NCBI GenBank assembly: GCA_001872725.1
Contig: MNWR01000007.1
Span: forward strand, 5,673 to 69,672
Direction of reading: 5' to 3'
Length of the DNA: 64,000 bases
Origin: Proteobacteria bacterium CG1_02_64_396
Lineage (GTDB): Bacteria > Pseudomonadota > MNWR01 > CG1-02-64-396
This document shows, piece after piece, positions 33,428-42,995 of the stretch. The first letter of the stretch is position 1. The number at the start of each line of letters is the position of its first letter. A program made the translations under genes and the position numbers. The notes under the pieces were generated by a model. It searched no databases, was not told where the DNA came from, and was given only the letters and a program-made list of their open reading frames with translations.

Positions 33428-34657
33428 ATGAGTTCTTTCGTGCGGGGGCTGCGTTGCCGTGAGTGTGGCGCCGAATACCCGGTTAATCCGGTCCATGTCT
33501 GCGAGTTCTGTTTTGGTCCCTTGGAGGTCGTTTACGACTATGAGGGGATGAAAGGGAAGATCAGCCGGGAGTCGATTGAATCCCGGCCTCAGACGATGTG
33601 GCGCTATCGCGAACTGTTGCCGGTCGATCAGGACCCGACCGTGGGTCGTCAGGTCGGCTGGACCCCTCTGGTCCACGCCAAGCGGCTGGGCAAGAAGCTG
33701 GGTCTGAACCACCTCTACATCAAATTCGACGGGATCTGCTATCCGACCCTGTCGTTCAAGGATCGGGTGGTTTCGGTGGCGCTCTCCAAAGCGGTTGAGT
33801 TCGGTTTCGACACCGTCGCCTGCGCCTCAACCGGCAACCTGGCCAACTCGGTGGCGGCCAACGCCGCCGCCTCGGGGCTGAAGTCCTACGTCTTCATCCC
33901 CCACGATCTGGAGCAGGGCAAGGTCCTTGGCTCGGCGATCTACGGCACCAACATGGTTGGAATCAAGGGGAGCTATGACGAGGTGAACCGGTTGTGCTCC
34001 GAGATCGCTGGCAACTACGGCTGGGGTTTCGTGAACATCAACCTGCGCCCCTTCTACGCCGAAGGGAGCAAGTCGCTGGCTTTTGAGTCGTTCGAGCAGT
34101 TGGGGTGGCGGATTCCCGACCACTTCATCGCCCCGATGGCCTCCGGCAGCCTGCTGACCAAGATCTGGAAGGCGCGCGAAGAGATGATTAAGTTGGGGCT
34201 GACTGCCGACACCCCGATGAAGATGCACGGGGCTCAGGCCGACGGTTGCGGCCCCATCGTCCGCGCCGTCGAGGCGGGAACCGAGCTCATCAAACCGGAG
34301 CGGCCAAGCACCATCGCCAAGTCGCTGGCGATTGGCAATCCGGCCGACGGCTTCTACGCCCAGCGCATCATCCGCGAGTCGGGGGGCGATGGTGCCTTGG
34401 TCAACGACGATGAAATCGTCGAGGCGATGCGCCTGGTCGCCGAAACCGAGGGGCTATTCACCGAGACTGCCGGTGGGGTGACCATCGGCACCTTGGTGAA
34501 GCTGGCCGAGCGGGGTCGCTTCAAACCCGACGAGGTGGTGGTTGTGGCGATCACCGGCAACGGCCTCAAGACCCAAGAGGCGATTGCCGACAAGTTGCAA
34601 AAGCCAACCCTGATCGAGCCCAAGTTGGCCGCGTTCGACGCGATCATGCAGGGTTAA
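33428..34657 (+). CDS. Threonine synthase-like PLP enzyme with N-terminal CxxC-CxxC
   Basis: PTLSFKDR PLP lysine, ASTGNLA, ITGNGLK, CRECG/CEFCF. Confidence 0.85.
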   Translation: MSSFVRGLRCRECGAEYPVNPVHVCEFCFGPLEVVYDYEGMKGKISRESIESRPQTMWRYRELLPVDQDPTVGRQVGWTPLVHAKRLGKKLGLNHLYIKFDGICYPTLSFKDRVVSVALSKAVEFGFDTVACASTGNLANSVAANAAASGLKSYVFIPHDLEQGKVLGSAIYGTNMVGIKGSYDEVNRLCSEIAGNYGWGFVNINLRPFYAEGSKSLAFESFEQLGWRIPDHFIAPMASGSLLTKIWKAREEMIKLGLTADTPMKMHGAQADGCGPIVRAVEAGTELIKPERPSTIAKSLAIGNPADGFYAQRIIRESGGDGALVNDDEIVEAMRLVAETEGLFTETAGGVTIGTLVKLAERGRFKPDEVVVVAITGNGLKTQEAIADKLQKPTLIEPKLAAFDAIMQG

Positions 34658-34726
34658 ATCAACCGACTATTCCAGCCCCAAGGGCTGCTCCCATTGACGA
34701 ACCAAGCATCGAGAAGGAGTACAACC

Positions 34727-35005
34727 ATGGCCGTTTCCGTTCGCATTCCCACCCCCTTGCGCAAGCTGACACAAGACGCCGACACCGTGAGCGGCGAGGG
34801 GGCAACCATCGCCGAGGTTCTGGGCGACCTGAACAATCAGTTCCCCGGCCTGAAAGAGCGTTTGTACGATGAGAGCGGGGCGCTGCGTCGCTTCGTCAAC
34901 GTCTACCTCAACGACGAAGACATCCGTTTCCTCAATGGCGATGCCACCGAGGTCAAGGCGGGTGATGAGCTTTCCATCGTTCCGGCCATCGCGGGCGGGT
35001 GTTGA
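34727..35005 (+). CDS. MoaD/ThiS/CysO-like ubiquitin-fold sulfur carrier
   Basis: IPTPLR, FVNVYLNDEDIR, IVPAIAGG-C terminus; ATG at 34727 after AAGGAG. Confidence 0.92.
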   Translation: MAVSVRIPTPLRKLTQDADTVSGEGATIAEVLGDLNNQFPGLKERLYDESGALRRFVNVYLNDEDIRFLNGDATEVKAGDELSIVPAIAGGC

Positions 35006-35039
35006 TCACTCCCGGTAGTACCCGAACGAGGGGACTGAG

Positions 35040-35279
35040 ATGAACAAGAAGATCTACCTAACCTTCCCCCCCGAGCAGATCTCGGAGCCGGTCATCTACA
35101 ACATCGGCCACAAATTCGAGGTGGTGACCAACATCCGCACCGCCTCGATCTCCCCCCAGGTTGGGGTGGTGGGGTTGGAGTTGTCGGGGGAGCCTGACCA
35201 AATCGAGGCGGCCATCGCCTACATCGAGTCCCTGGGCATTTTGGTGGAGCCTATCGAACTCGACGTCATCGAAGGCTGA
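35040..35279 (+). CDS. Stand-alone NIL domain protein
   Basis: [18 protein letters not shown]; 79 aa ACT-like pattern. Confidence 0.8.
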   Translation: MNKKIYLTFPPEQISEPVIYNIGHKFEVVTNIRTASISPQVGVVGLELSGEPDQIEAAIAYIESLGILVEPIELDVIEG

Positions 35280-35307
35280 GTCGCTCACGCATTCATCGGA
35301 GTTCGTC

Positions 35308-36240
35308 ATGAGCCAGATTTACGATTCGATCGTCGACACTGTGGGCAACACCCCCTTGATCCGCCTCAACCGGGTGACCGAGGGGTTGGGGGCCACCGTG
35401 CTCGCCAAGGTGGAGTTCTTCAATCCCCTGGCGTCGGTGAAGGATCGCATCGCTCTGGCGATGATCGAGGCGGCTGAGCGCTCCGGCGATCTCAAGCCGG
35501 GCGGGCTGCTGGTGGAGCCGACCTCCGGCAATACCGGGATCGCGCTCGCTTTTGTGGCAGCGGCCAAGGGTTACCGGTTGATCCTGACCATGCCCGAATC
35601 GATGAGCCAGGAGCGGCGCAAGATGCTGGCGCTGTTGGGGGCCGAACTGGTGCTCACCCCCGCCGCTTTGGGGATGAAGGGCGCGGTCGAGAAGGCCAAA
35701 GAGATCACGGCCCAGACTCCGGGGGCGGTGATGCCCCAGCAGTTCGAGAACGCCGCCAACCCCGCAGCCCACGAGCGCACCACCGCCGAAGAGCTGTGGC
35801 GCGACACCGACGGCAACATCGACGCCCTGGTGGCGGGGGTGGGAACCGGCGGCACCATCACCGGGGTGAGCCGGGTGATCAAAACCCGCCGCGAGGGTTT
35901 TCAGGCCATTGCGGTGGAGCCCGCCGATTCGCCGGTGCTCGAAGGGGGTGCTCCGGGGCCGCACAAGATTCAGGGGATCGGCGCCGGATTCGTGCCGGGT
36001 GTGTTGCAGCGCGATCTGATCGACGAGGTCTTGCCGATCACCAACGACGAGGCCTTCGCCATGGCGCGAAGGATGGCGCGTGAGGAGGGTATTCCGTGCG
36101 GAATCTCCAGCGGAGCGGCGGTCGCCGCAGCGCTGAAGGTGGCCGCCCGGGACTCCATGGCGGGCAAAACCATCGTGGTGATTATTCCCAGCTTTGCCGA
36201 ACGGTATCTTTCCACCGACCTCTTCGCAGGCTTGGCCTGA
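35308..36240 (+). CDS. cysK: Cysteine synthase A
   Basis: [40 protein letters not shown] at 35308. Confidence 0.95.
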   Translation: MSQIYDSIVDTVGNTPLIRLNRVTEGLGATVLAKVEFFNPLASVKDRIALAMIEAAERSGDLKPGGLLVEPTSGNTGIALAFVAAAKGYRLILTMPESMSQERRKMLALLGAELVLTPAALGMKGAVEKAKEITAQTPGAVMPQQFENAANPAAHERTTAEELWRDTDGNIDALVAGVGTGGTITGVSRVIKTRREGFQAIAVEPADSPVLEGGAPGPHKIQGIGAGFVPGVLQRDLIDEVLPITNDEAFAMARRMAREEGIPCGISSGAAVAAALKVAARDSMAGKTIVVIIPSFAERYLSTDLFAGLA

Positions 36241-36273
36241 CGGTCGGGGCTTCAAACGAAAGTCATAAAAAAA

Positions 36274-37083
36274 ATGAACTTCACCGAAGAGCAAATCGAG
36301 CGCTACTCGCGCCACATCATCCTTCCCGAGATCGGCGGCCACGGTCAGGCCAAGCTGCTGGGGGCCAAGGTTTTCATGATCGGCGCCGGCGGCCTGGGCT
36401 CCCCGGTCGGGCTCTATCTGGCGGCTGCCGGGGTTGGCACCCTGGGAATTGCCGATGCCGACCACGTCGACCTGTCGAACCTGCAACGGCAAATTGCCCA
36501 CCGCACCGACACCGTCGGGGTCGATAAGGTCGAGTCGATCAAGCGGACCATCAACGCCATCAATCCCGATGTGAACGTGGTGACCTACCCCGAACGCATC
36601 ACCGCCGACAACATCCTGTCGATCATCCGCGACTACGACATCGTGGTGGACGGCTGTGACAACTTCCCGACCCGGTTTTTGGTCAACGACGCCTGCTTCT
36701 TCGAAAAGAAGACCCTGGTCTCGGGGGCGATCTTCCGTTGGGATGGTCAGGTGACCACCTTCCGTCCTCACCAGGACGAAAACGGCCCCTGTTACCGCTG
36801 TCTCTACCCTGAGCCCCCCCCTCCTGGGCTGGTCCCCTCGTGTTCGGAGGCTGGGATTTTGGGCGCCATCGCCGGGATCATCGGCACCATCCAGGCGGCC
36901 GAGGTGGTCAAAGAGATTCTTGGGGTTGGCCGCTCGCTGTCGGGCAGCTTGATGATTTACGACGCCTTGGATGCCCACTGGCGCAAGGTGAAGGTCCGCA
37001 AGGATCCCCATTGCCCCCTGTGTGGTCCCAACCCCACGGTGCGTGAGCTCATCACCTACGACCAGGCCTGTACCATCGGTTAA
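36274..37083 (+). CDS. MoeB/ThiF family E1-like adenylyltransferase (no rhodanese domain)
   Basis: RYSRHI, GAGGLG, SNLQRQ, CYRC...CPLC zinc site. Confidence 0.92.
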   Translation: MNFTEEQIERYSRHIILPEIGGHGQAKLLGAKVFMIGAGGLGSPVGLYLAAAGVGTLGIADADHVDLSNLQRQIAHRTDTVGVDKVESIKRTINAINPDVNVVTYPERITADNILSIIRDYDIVVDGCDNFPTRFLVNDACFFEKKTLVSGAIFRWDGQVTTFRPHQDENGPCYRCLYPEPPPPGLVPSCSEAGILGAIAGIIGTIQAAEVVKEILGVGRSLSGSLMIYDALDAHWRKVKVRKDPHCPLCGPNPTVRELITYDQACTIG

Positions 37084-37108
37084 ACAGTCGAATCCATACC
37101 GCAAAGGC

Positions 37109-37133
37109 GGGGCGCCTCGTGCGCCCCTCTTTT
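37109..37133 (+). terminator. Possible intrinsic terminator
   Basis: GGGGCGC-loop-GCGCCCC-TCTTTT after the E1 gene. Confidence 0.5.
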
Positions 37134-37171
37134 GTACCCTAGCCATAAGTAAATTTTAGAGGCCAATTAAA

Positions 37172-37975
37172 ATGATCTCTTCAAATAAGCTACACAACGA
37201 CTTCGAGCAGTTCGTCGCCCACCTCAACGCTCAGGAGGGGGAGATCGTCTTCGCCTCCTCCCTGGGGGCCGAGGATGTGGTCATCCACCACCTGCTGGCT
37301 CAGGTGAAACGGCCGGTGCGCATCATCACCCTAGATACCGGGCGGGTCTTCCCCGAGGTCTATTCCCTGATCCCCAAGCTCGAAGAGAAGTACAACCAGA
37401 AGATCGAGATCGTCTTCCCCGAGCGCAGCGATGTGGACGAATTTGTCGGCAAGTACGGCATCAACGGCTTCTACCATTCGGTCGAGGCCCGCAAGGGGTG
37501 CTGCCAGGCTCGCAAAATCAAGCCGCTGCGCCGCGCCCTGGCCGGAGCCGGGGCTTGGATCACCGGGGTGCGTCGGGAGCAGAACGACCACCGCAGCACC
37601 ATCGAGATGAAAGAGGACGACACCGTCTTCGGGCTGACCAAGTTCAACCCGCTCATCAATTGGAGCCAGGACGACGTTTGGGACTTCATTCGCGCTCAAG
37701 GCATCCCCTACAACCCGATGCACGACCGCGGTTTCCCCTCCATCGGCTGCCAGCCCTGCACCCGGGCGGTGGGGGAGGACGAGGATCCCCGCGCCGGGCG
37801 TTGGTGGTGGGAGTGCCGCAATTCGGGCAAGGCCGAGTGCGGTCTGCATTGGAACCCCGAGACCGGCAAGGCGGAGGCGACCTGCAAGGATCGCCCCCAT
37901 GCCGCCGCAGCTAAGAAGGAGGAAAAACCCTCCTTGACCAAGCTGCAACCGGTCCATTTCGGCGCCCATTGGTAA
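37172..37975 (+). CDS. cysH: APS reductase (CysH family, 4Fe-4S type)
   Basis: LDTG, CC..RK, SIGCQPCT, RAGRWWWE, ECGLH. Confidence 0.92.
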   Translation: MISSNKLHNDFEQFVAHLNAQEGEIVFASSLGAEDVVIHHLLAQVKRPVRIITLDTGRVFPEVYSLIPKLEEKYNQKIEIVFPERSDVDEFVGKYGINGFYHSVEARKGCCQARKIKPLRRALAGAGAWITGVRREQNDHRSTIEMKEDDTVFGLTKFNPLINWSQDDVWDFIRAQGIPYNPMHDRGFPSIGCQPCTRAVGEDEDPRAGRWWWECRNSGKAECGLHWNPETGKAEATCKDRPHAAAAKKEEKPSLTKLQPVHFGAHW

Positions 37976-38045
37976 ACACGGTCGGGGTTTGTGTCTGACA
38001 TGCCCGATGCAGGCCCCCACCGCTTTCCCTCTCCAGGAGGTTGAA

Positions 38046-40289
38046 ATGACAACACCCGTCTGGGTCGATCGCGACGAGATCGACCGACTTGAACATACCC
38101 GCGTTGCTTCTCTGAACGGCAACGTCAGCGACGCGGTTTGGAACACCGAACGTCTGAAGCAGGGGATCTACGGTCAGCGTCAACCCGACGTGCACATGGT
38201 TCGCGCCAAACTGCCGGGGGGATCGATCTCCCCTCGGCAGCTGCGCGGTCTGGCCGATATCGTCGAGGCCGAGGCGATTGATGAGCCGCTGCTCCACGTC
38301 ACCACCCGGCAGGATCTGCAATTCCACTACATCCGCCCCGAACGGCTCGCCCCGGTGCTGCACAAAATGGGCGACTTGGGGCTGATTTCGCGCGAGGCCT
38401 GCGGCCACACGGTGCGCAATGTGACCACCTGCGCCCTGGCGGGGCGTTGCCCCCGTACTCGGGTCGACGGCCACGAGGTGGTCAGCGCCGTCATCCTGCA
38501 TTTTTTGCGGCACCCCCTGGGGCAGAACCTGCCGCGCAAATTCAAGATCGCGGTGGCGGGGTGTGAGTCGGACTGCGCCCTGGCCCCGATCAACGATGTT
38601 GGCCTGACCCCCACCGAGGATGGCTTCTTCCTGGCCGCTGCGGGTGGTTTGGGGCAGGCCCCCAAACCGGCGATCCCGCTGGGAAGCCTGCGCGACGAGG
38701 AGGTCTACCCCGCCATCGAGGCGCTGCTGCGCATTCACCATCGCCACTCCGACCGGGAGCGCCGAGCCCGCGCCCGGCTCAAATTTGTGGTCGAGTCGAT
38801 GGGGAGTGAGGCCTTCCAGGAGCTTTACTGGGAGGAGCGGGAGAACGTCGCCCCCTTCCATAGCGCCCAAGGGGGCGAAAGCTGGGCGCGTCGTACCCCC
38901 GATTTAACTGCGCCGGTCCCAGGTGTCAGCGGTTGGACCAAGCAGATCGACGGCAAGTGGGCTCGCGGCGTGGCGCTGCACAAGGGCGATCTCACACCCG
39001 CCCAGGCGCGGCAACTGGCCGACTTGGTCAGCGGTTTGGGGCTCGACGAGATTGTCCTGACCCAGGCTCAGAATCTGGTGATTGTCGATGTACCCGAAGC
39101 GCACAAAGGGGTGATCGACGAGGGGGTATTCGGCATTGAGGCTTTGATCCCCGCCGACATCGGGGTTTGCCCCGGTGCGGCGACCTGCCGTTTGGGCATC
39201 ACCCGCTCCCGCGATCTGGCCGATTCCGTCGCCGATCTGCCCTTGGGCGATCTCAAGGTGCGGATCTCCGGTTGTGCCAACGGCTGCGGCCACCACGCCA
39301 TCGCCGACTTCGGTCTGCATGGCTTGGCCCGCAAGCGCGACGGCCATTCGATTCCTGCCTACCAGATTCACGTGGGCGGTTCGGCCAGCGGCACCATGGT
39401 TCCGGGTCGCTCCTTGCCCCTGGTGGCGGCGGTTCATGCCCGCGAGGCGCTCAGCCGGTTGGTGGCCGCGTACAACATTGAGCGGCGCGAGGGGGAGTCG
39501 GTGCGGGGTTGGGCCGAACGGATTGGCCCCGAAACCCTTGAAGGTTTGGTGGCCGAGTTCGCCCCCGGCGAGGGGGAGCTCGAAGGGTTGCTCTTCGACT
39601 GGGGCTCCTTCGACCGCTTCTCGACCAAAGAGGTGGGCAAGGGGGAGTGCGCCGCCGCCCTGGTTTCGATGATCGGCGCCCACATGGGCGAGGCGATCTA
39701 CGAGTTGGGCCATGCCCAAACCCTGGCCGCCAAGGGGAGCGTCGCCGCCATCGAATTCGCCCATCGCGGCGTGGTGGCGGCGGTCCGCGCCCTGCTCACC
39801 TTGCGCGGTGAGGAGGAGGGCTCGTGGCAGTTCGGCGAGGAGGAGGCGCTGGCCGCCTTCGAGCGGGGACTGCAAAACACCGAGATGGTGCGCATCCACT
39901 TCACCCAGCTTTATGCCGCGCTGCGCCGCGCCCATCGGGGCGAGGTCGAACCCTTCGTGGCGATTGCCGCCAAGGTGATCGAGACGGTGCGCCGTGCGGT
40001 CGAAAGTCGCGACGGCAGCGACAATCTGCAACCCCCACCGCCCCCCAAGGTGGAGGCGGTCGCCCCCGAGACGGTGCTCGATCTCAAGGGGGTCGGCTGT
40101 CCGATCAACTTCGTTAAAACCAAGCTGCGGCTGGAGATGATGCCGGCCGCCAGCAAACTCACCGTCCTGCTCGACGACGGCCCCCCCATCGAAAACGTCC
40201 CCCTGAGTTTGGAGGGGGAGGGGCACGCCATCGAGGTCAAAGAGCCGTTTGAGGATCGTTGGAAAATCGTGGTGCGTAAGAAGGGGTAA
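38046..40289 (+). CDS. Siroheme sulfite reductase fused to C-terminal TusA/SirA domain
   Basis: TTRQ, LPRKFKIA, CPGAATC/SGCANGC; C-terminal LDLKGVGCPINFVK; ATG at 38046 after AGGAGG. Confidence 0.88.
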   Translation: MTTPVWVDRDEIDRLEHTRVASLNGNVSDAVWNTERLKQGIYGQRQPDVHMVRAKLPGGSISPRQLRGLADIVEAEAIDEPLLHVTTRQDLQFHYIRPERLAPVLHKMGDLGLISREACGHTVRNVTTCALAGRCPRTRVDGHEVVSAVILHFLRHPLGQNLPRKFKIAVAGCESDCALAPINDVGLTPTEDGFFLAAAGGLGQAPKPAIPLGSLRDEEVYPAIEALLRIHHRHSDRERRARARLKFVVESMGSEAFQELYWEERENVAPFHSAQGGESWARRTPDLTAPVPGVSGWTKQIDGKWARGVALHKGDLTPAQARQLADLVSGLGLDEIVLTQAQNLVIVDVPEAHKGVIDEGVFGIEALIPADIGVCPGAATCRLGITRSRDLADSVADLPLGDLKVRISGCANGCGHHAIADFGLHGLARKRDGHSIPAYQIHVGGSASGTMVPGRSLPLVAAVHAREALSRLVAAYNIERREGESVRGWAERIGPETLEGLVAEFAPGEGELEGLLFDWGSFDRFSTKEVGKGECAAALVSMIGAHMGEAIYELGHAQTLAAKGSVAAIEFAHRGVVAAVRALLTLRGEEEGSWQFGEEEALAAFERGLQNTEMVRIHFTQLYAALRRAHRGEVEPFVAIAAKVIETVRRAVESRDGSDNLQPPPPPKVEAVAPETVLDLKGVGCPINFVKTKLRLEMMPAASKLTVLLDDGPPIENVPLSLEGEGHAIEVKEPFEDRWKIVVRKKG

Positions 40290-40400
40290 TTCCGGTCATA
40301 CGGGGGGGCGGGAGCGCCGATCCAGCCTACTCGGTCCCGGAATGACGGCGCCATGTTTGCGACCTAAACGCCTGTATGGCCCAGAAAACAGAGGAACACC

Positions 40401-41570
40401 ATGCAATTGATTCCCCCCCACGGCGGACGCCTGATCAACCGTTGGGCCGACCTTGAAGATGTGCAGGTCCAGGCGATCCTGGGCCGACCCAATCCACTGA
40501 AGATCGAACTCGACGACGTGCGGCTGTGCGATCTGGAGTGTCTGGCCGACGGCGCCCTCTCCCCCCTCGAAGGGTTTATGGGGGAGAAGGAATACCATCA
40601 GGTGCTCGATGTGATGGAGCTGCCCGAGGGGCTGGTTTGGCCCTTCCCCATCGTTTTGCCGGTGACCCAGGCGGTGGCGAAGCAAACCGAGCCGGGGCAG
40701 AAGGTGCTTTTGACCGGCGCCGGGCAAACCCTGGGTTGGATCGAAGTGAGCGGGTACTTCAAACGCAACCCCACCAAGGAGGCCAACCGGATCTACGGCA
40801 CCCTGGAGGAGGATCACCCCGGCGTGAAGCGGGTGATGTCGGAGCCGGAGTACGCCCTGGCGGGATCGGTGACGGTGGTCCGTCTGCCCGAGCGACCCTT
40901 CCCGGAGCAACGACTCACTCCGGTCCAGACGCGGGCCGAGTTCGTCAAGCGGGGCTGGAAAACGGTGGTCGCTTTTCAGACCCGCAATCCGATCCATCGG
41001 GCCCACGAATACATCACCAAGTGCGCCCTTGAGGTGGTCGACGGGTTGCTCATCCACCCACTGGTGGGGACAACCAAAAGCGACGACATCCCGGCCGATG
41101 TGCGCATGAAGTGCTACGAGCGGTTGATGCGCGATTACTACCCAGCCGACCGCACCATGCTCTCGGTTTTTCCGGCGGCGATGCGTTACGCCGGGCCGCG
41201 TGAGGCGCTCTTCCACGCCATCGTGCGCAAGAACTACGGCTGTACCCACTTGATCGTGGGACGCGACCACGCCGGGGTGGGCGACTACTACCATCCGTTT
41301 GCCGCCCATGCGATTTTTGACCGTTTCGAGCCGGGCGACATCGGTATCATCCCGCTGCGTTTCGACGCCACCTTCTATTGCAAGCAGTGTGCAGCGATGG
41401 CGTCGTACAAAACCTGCCCCCACGATGGGGAGCACCATGTCGCCCTGTCGGGGACCAAGGTGCGCAAGATGCTCGGCGAGGGGGTCCACCCCCCGGCGGA
41501 GTTCTCCCGCCCCGAGGTGGCGGCGATTTTGGTCGAGTCCTACCGGCAACGGTTCGATCCCGGGATTTGA
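40401..41570 (+). CDS. sat: Sulfate adenylyltransferase (Sat type)
   Basis: FQTRNPIHRAH, GPREA, VGRDHAGVG, LSGTKVR, RPEV. Confidence 0.96.
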   Translation: MQLIPPHGGRLINRWADLEDVQVQAILGRPNPLKIELDDVRLCDLECLADGALSPLEGFMGEKEYHQVLDVMELPEGLVWPFPIVLPVTQAVAKQTEPGQKVLLTGAGQTLGWIEVSGYFKRNPTKEANRIYGTLEEDHPGVKRVMSEPEYALAGSVTVVRLPERPFPEQRLTPVQTRAEFVKRGWKTVVAFQTRNPIHRAHEYITKCALEVVDGLLIHPLVGTTKSDDIPADVRMKCYERLMRDYYPADRTMLSVFPAAMRYAGPREALFHAIVRKNYGCTHLIVGRDHAGVGDYYHPFAAHAIFDRFEPGDIGIIPLRFDATFYCKQCAAMASYKTCPHDGEHHVALSGTKVRKMLGEGVHPPAEFSRPEVAAILVESYRQRFDPGI

Positions 41571-41597
41571 GGAATTGCTCCTGGTGACGCAGACAAG

Positions 41598-41623
41598 GCC
41601 GGCCGCAAGGTCGGCTTTTTTTT
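41598..41623 (+). terminator. Intrinsic terminator after sat
   Basis: GCCGGCC-GCAA-GGTCGGC-T8. Confidence 0.7.
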
Positions 41624-41635
41624 GGGAGAAATGCC

Positions 41636-42910
41636 ATGAGCAAAAATCATGGTTTGTTCATCGCGGCGTTGATCGCCGTCGTCCTCTGGTTCGCCCAGCC
41701 CTGGATCGCTCCGGCCTGGAGCGCAACCTCGTGGCATGCCCTGGTCATCGCCCTGTTCGTCATGGCGTTGTGGGTGGGGCAGTTTTTACCGTTGCCGGTC
41801 ACCGGTCTGCTCGCGGTCACCCTGATCGTGGTGGCCGGGGTTCTCCCCGCCAAGGCCGCCTTTGCCGCGTTTGCCCAGCCGACCCTGTTTTTCATCATCG
41901 GCGCCCTGGCGCTGGCGGTGGGGGTGGAGGAGAGCGGCCTGGGGCGCACCATCGCCTGCAAGGTCTTCCACGCCGCCAAACCGACGGTGGGGGGGGTGCG
42001 GCGCGCCACCCTATGGGGGAGCGCGGCGCTGGCGCTGGTGATTCCCGAACACGCGGTCGCCGCCGTGGTGATCCCCATGGCGACCCAGATCATCCCCAAG
42101 GGGAGCAAACACCCCAGCATCATCCTGGCCGCCGCTCTGGGGGCGGTGATCGGGGGGATCGTCACCTTCCTGGGGGGCGCCCGGAATATTCTGGCGGTGT
42201 CGATCCTTGAGGAATTCCAGGGGACGGGGATCGCCCACGGCACCTGGATCCTCGACGCCCTGCCGGTGGCGGCCTTGATTCTGCTGCTGGCCGATCTGCT
42301 GCTGACCCGTTTGGAACCGGGTTCGACCCCTTTGACCCTTCCCGAACATTGCCCAACGACTGCGCAGGGAAAACGTATGGCTTGGGTCATGGCCGCCGCG
42401 ATTGCCGCCTGGGCTTTTTGGGGCGAAACGGTGGGGCTGGCCCCCATCGCCCTGGCCGCCACGGTGGCGATGGTGGTCTTCAAGGCGGCCAAGTGGGAGG
42501 CGGTTTCTAAGCATCTGCCCTGGGGGGTGGTGCTGATGTTCGGCGGGGCGCTGGCCATGGGGGGGGCGCTGGCCCAAAGCGGGGCGGCGGCCAACATCGC
42601 CGCCTACACCCCCGATTCGGTGGGTCTTGCCGCCGCCATGTCGATGATTTTGACCCAGGGGATCAGCAACGCCGCCGCCGTGGCGACCTTGCTGCCCATC
42701 CTGTTGCCCGGCTCTTCCGATCCCATCGCCACGACCCTGGCCATCGCCCTGGGTGGAGGGCTCGCCTTCGCCCTGCCGATGGGCGCGCCCGCCATTGCCA
42801 TTGCCTGGGCGACCGGGCAGGTGACGATGGGACAACTGGTGCGCATCGGGGTCACCTTGGGGATCGCCTCGTGGTTCATCCTCATGGGGGCAGCCGCTTG
42901 GTGGTGGTGA
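41636..42910 (+). CDS. SLC13/DASS family anion transporter (putative sulfate)
   Basis: Multi-TM; SGLGR.IA, GGARN, PWGVV, ISNAAA; follows sat. Confidence 0.75.
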   Translation: MSKNHGLFIAALIAVVLWFAQPWIAPAWSATSWHALVIALFVMALWVGQFLPLPVTGLLAVTLIVVAGVLPAKAAFAAFAQPTLFFIIGALALAVGVEESGLGRTIACKVFHAAKPTVGGVRRATLWGSAALALVIPEHAVAAVVIPMATQIIPKGSKHPSIILAAALGAVIGGIVTFLGGARNILAVSILEEFQGTGIAHGTWILDALPVAALILLLADLLLTRLEPGSTPLTLPEHCPTTAQGKRMAWVMAAAIAAWAFWGETVGLAPIALAATVAMVVFKAAKWEAVSKHLPWGVVLMFGGALAMGGALAQSGAAANIAAYTPDSVGLAAAMSMILTQGISNAAAVATLLPILLPGSSDPIATTLAIALGGGLAFALPMGAPAIAIAWATGQVTMGQLVRIGVTLGIASWFILMGAAAWWW

Positions 42911-42914
42911 GGTA

Positions 42915-42941
42915 GGTCGGACAGGTCGGACCTGTCCGACC
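42915..42941. repeat. Short perfect hairpin, REP-like
   Basis: GGTCGGACAGGT-CGG-ACCTGTCCGACC. Confidence 0.55.
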
Positions 42942-42995
42942 CTCCCCTTTCGAGGTTATCCTGACCCCCCGTCACGGATTCCCCCGGAGCCCACC

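Noticed and set aside
35003..35005. TGA read-through (selenocysteine) in the sulfur carrier or desulforedoxin
   Set aside because: Both proteins end at family-typical lengths, with no conserved continuation or convincing SECIS.
35293..37146. 617-aa antisense ORF (similarly 49806-51386, 48397-49785, 2305-3429)
   Set aside because: Mirror frames of well-supported genes with no recognisable domains.
40286..40347. GTAATTCCGG...CCGGAATGAC degenerate REP-like IR after sir
   Set aside because: Only 10-bp arms with a mismatch and a single copy; too weak to call.
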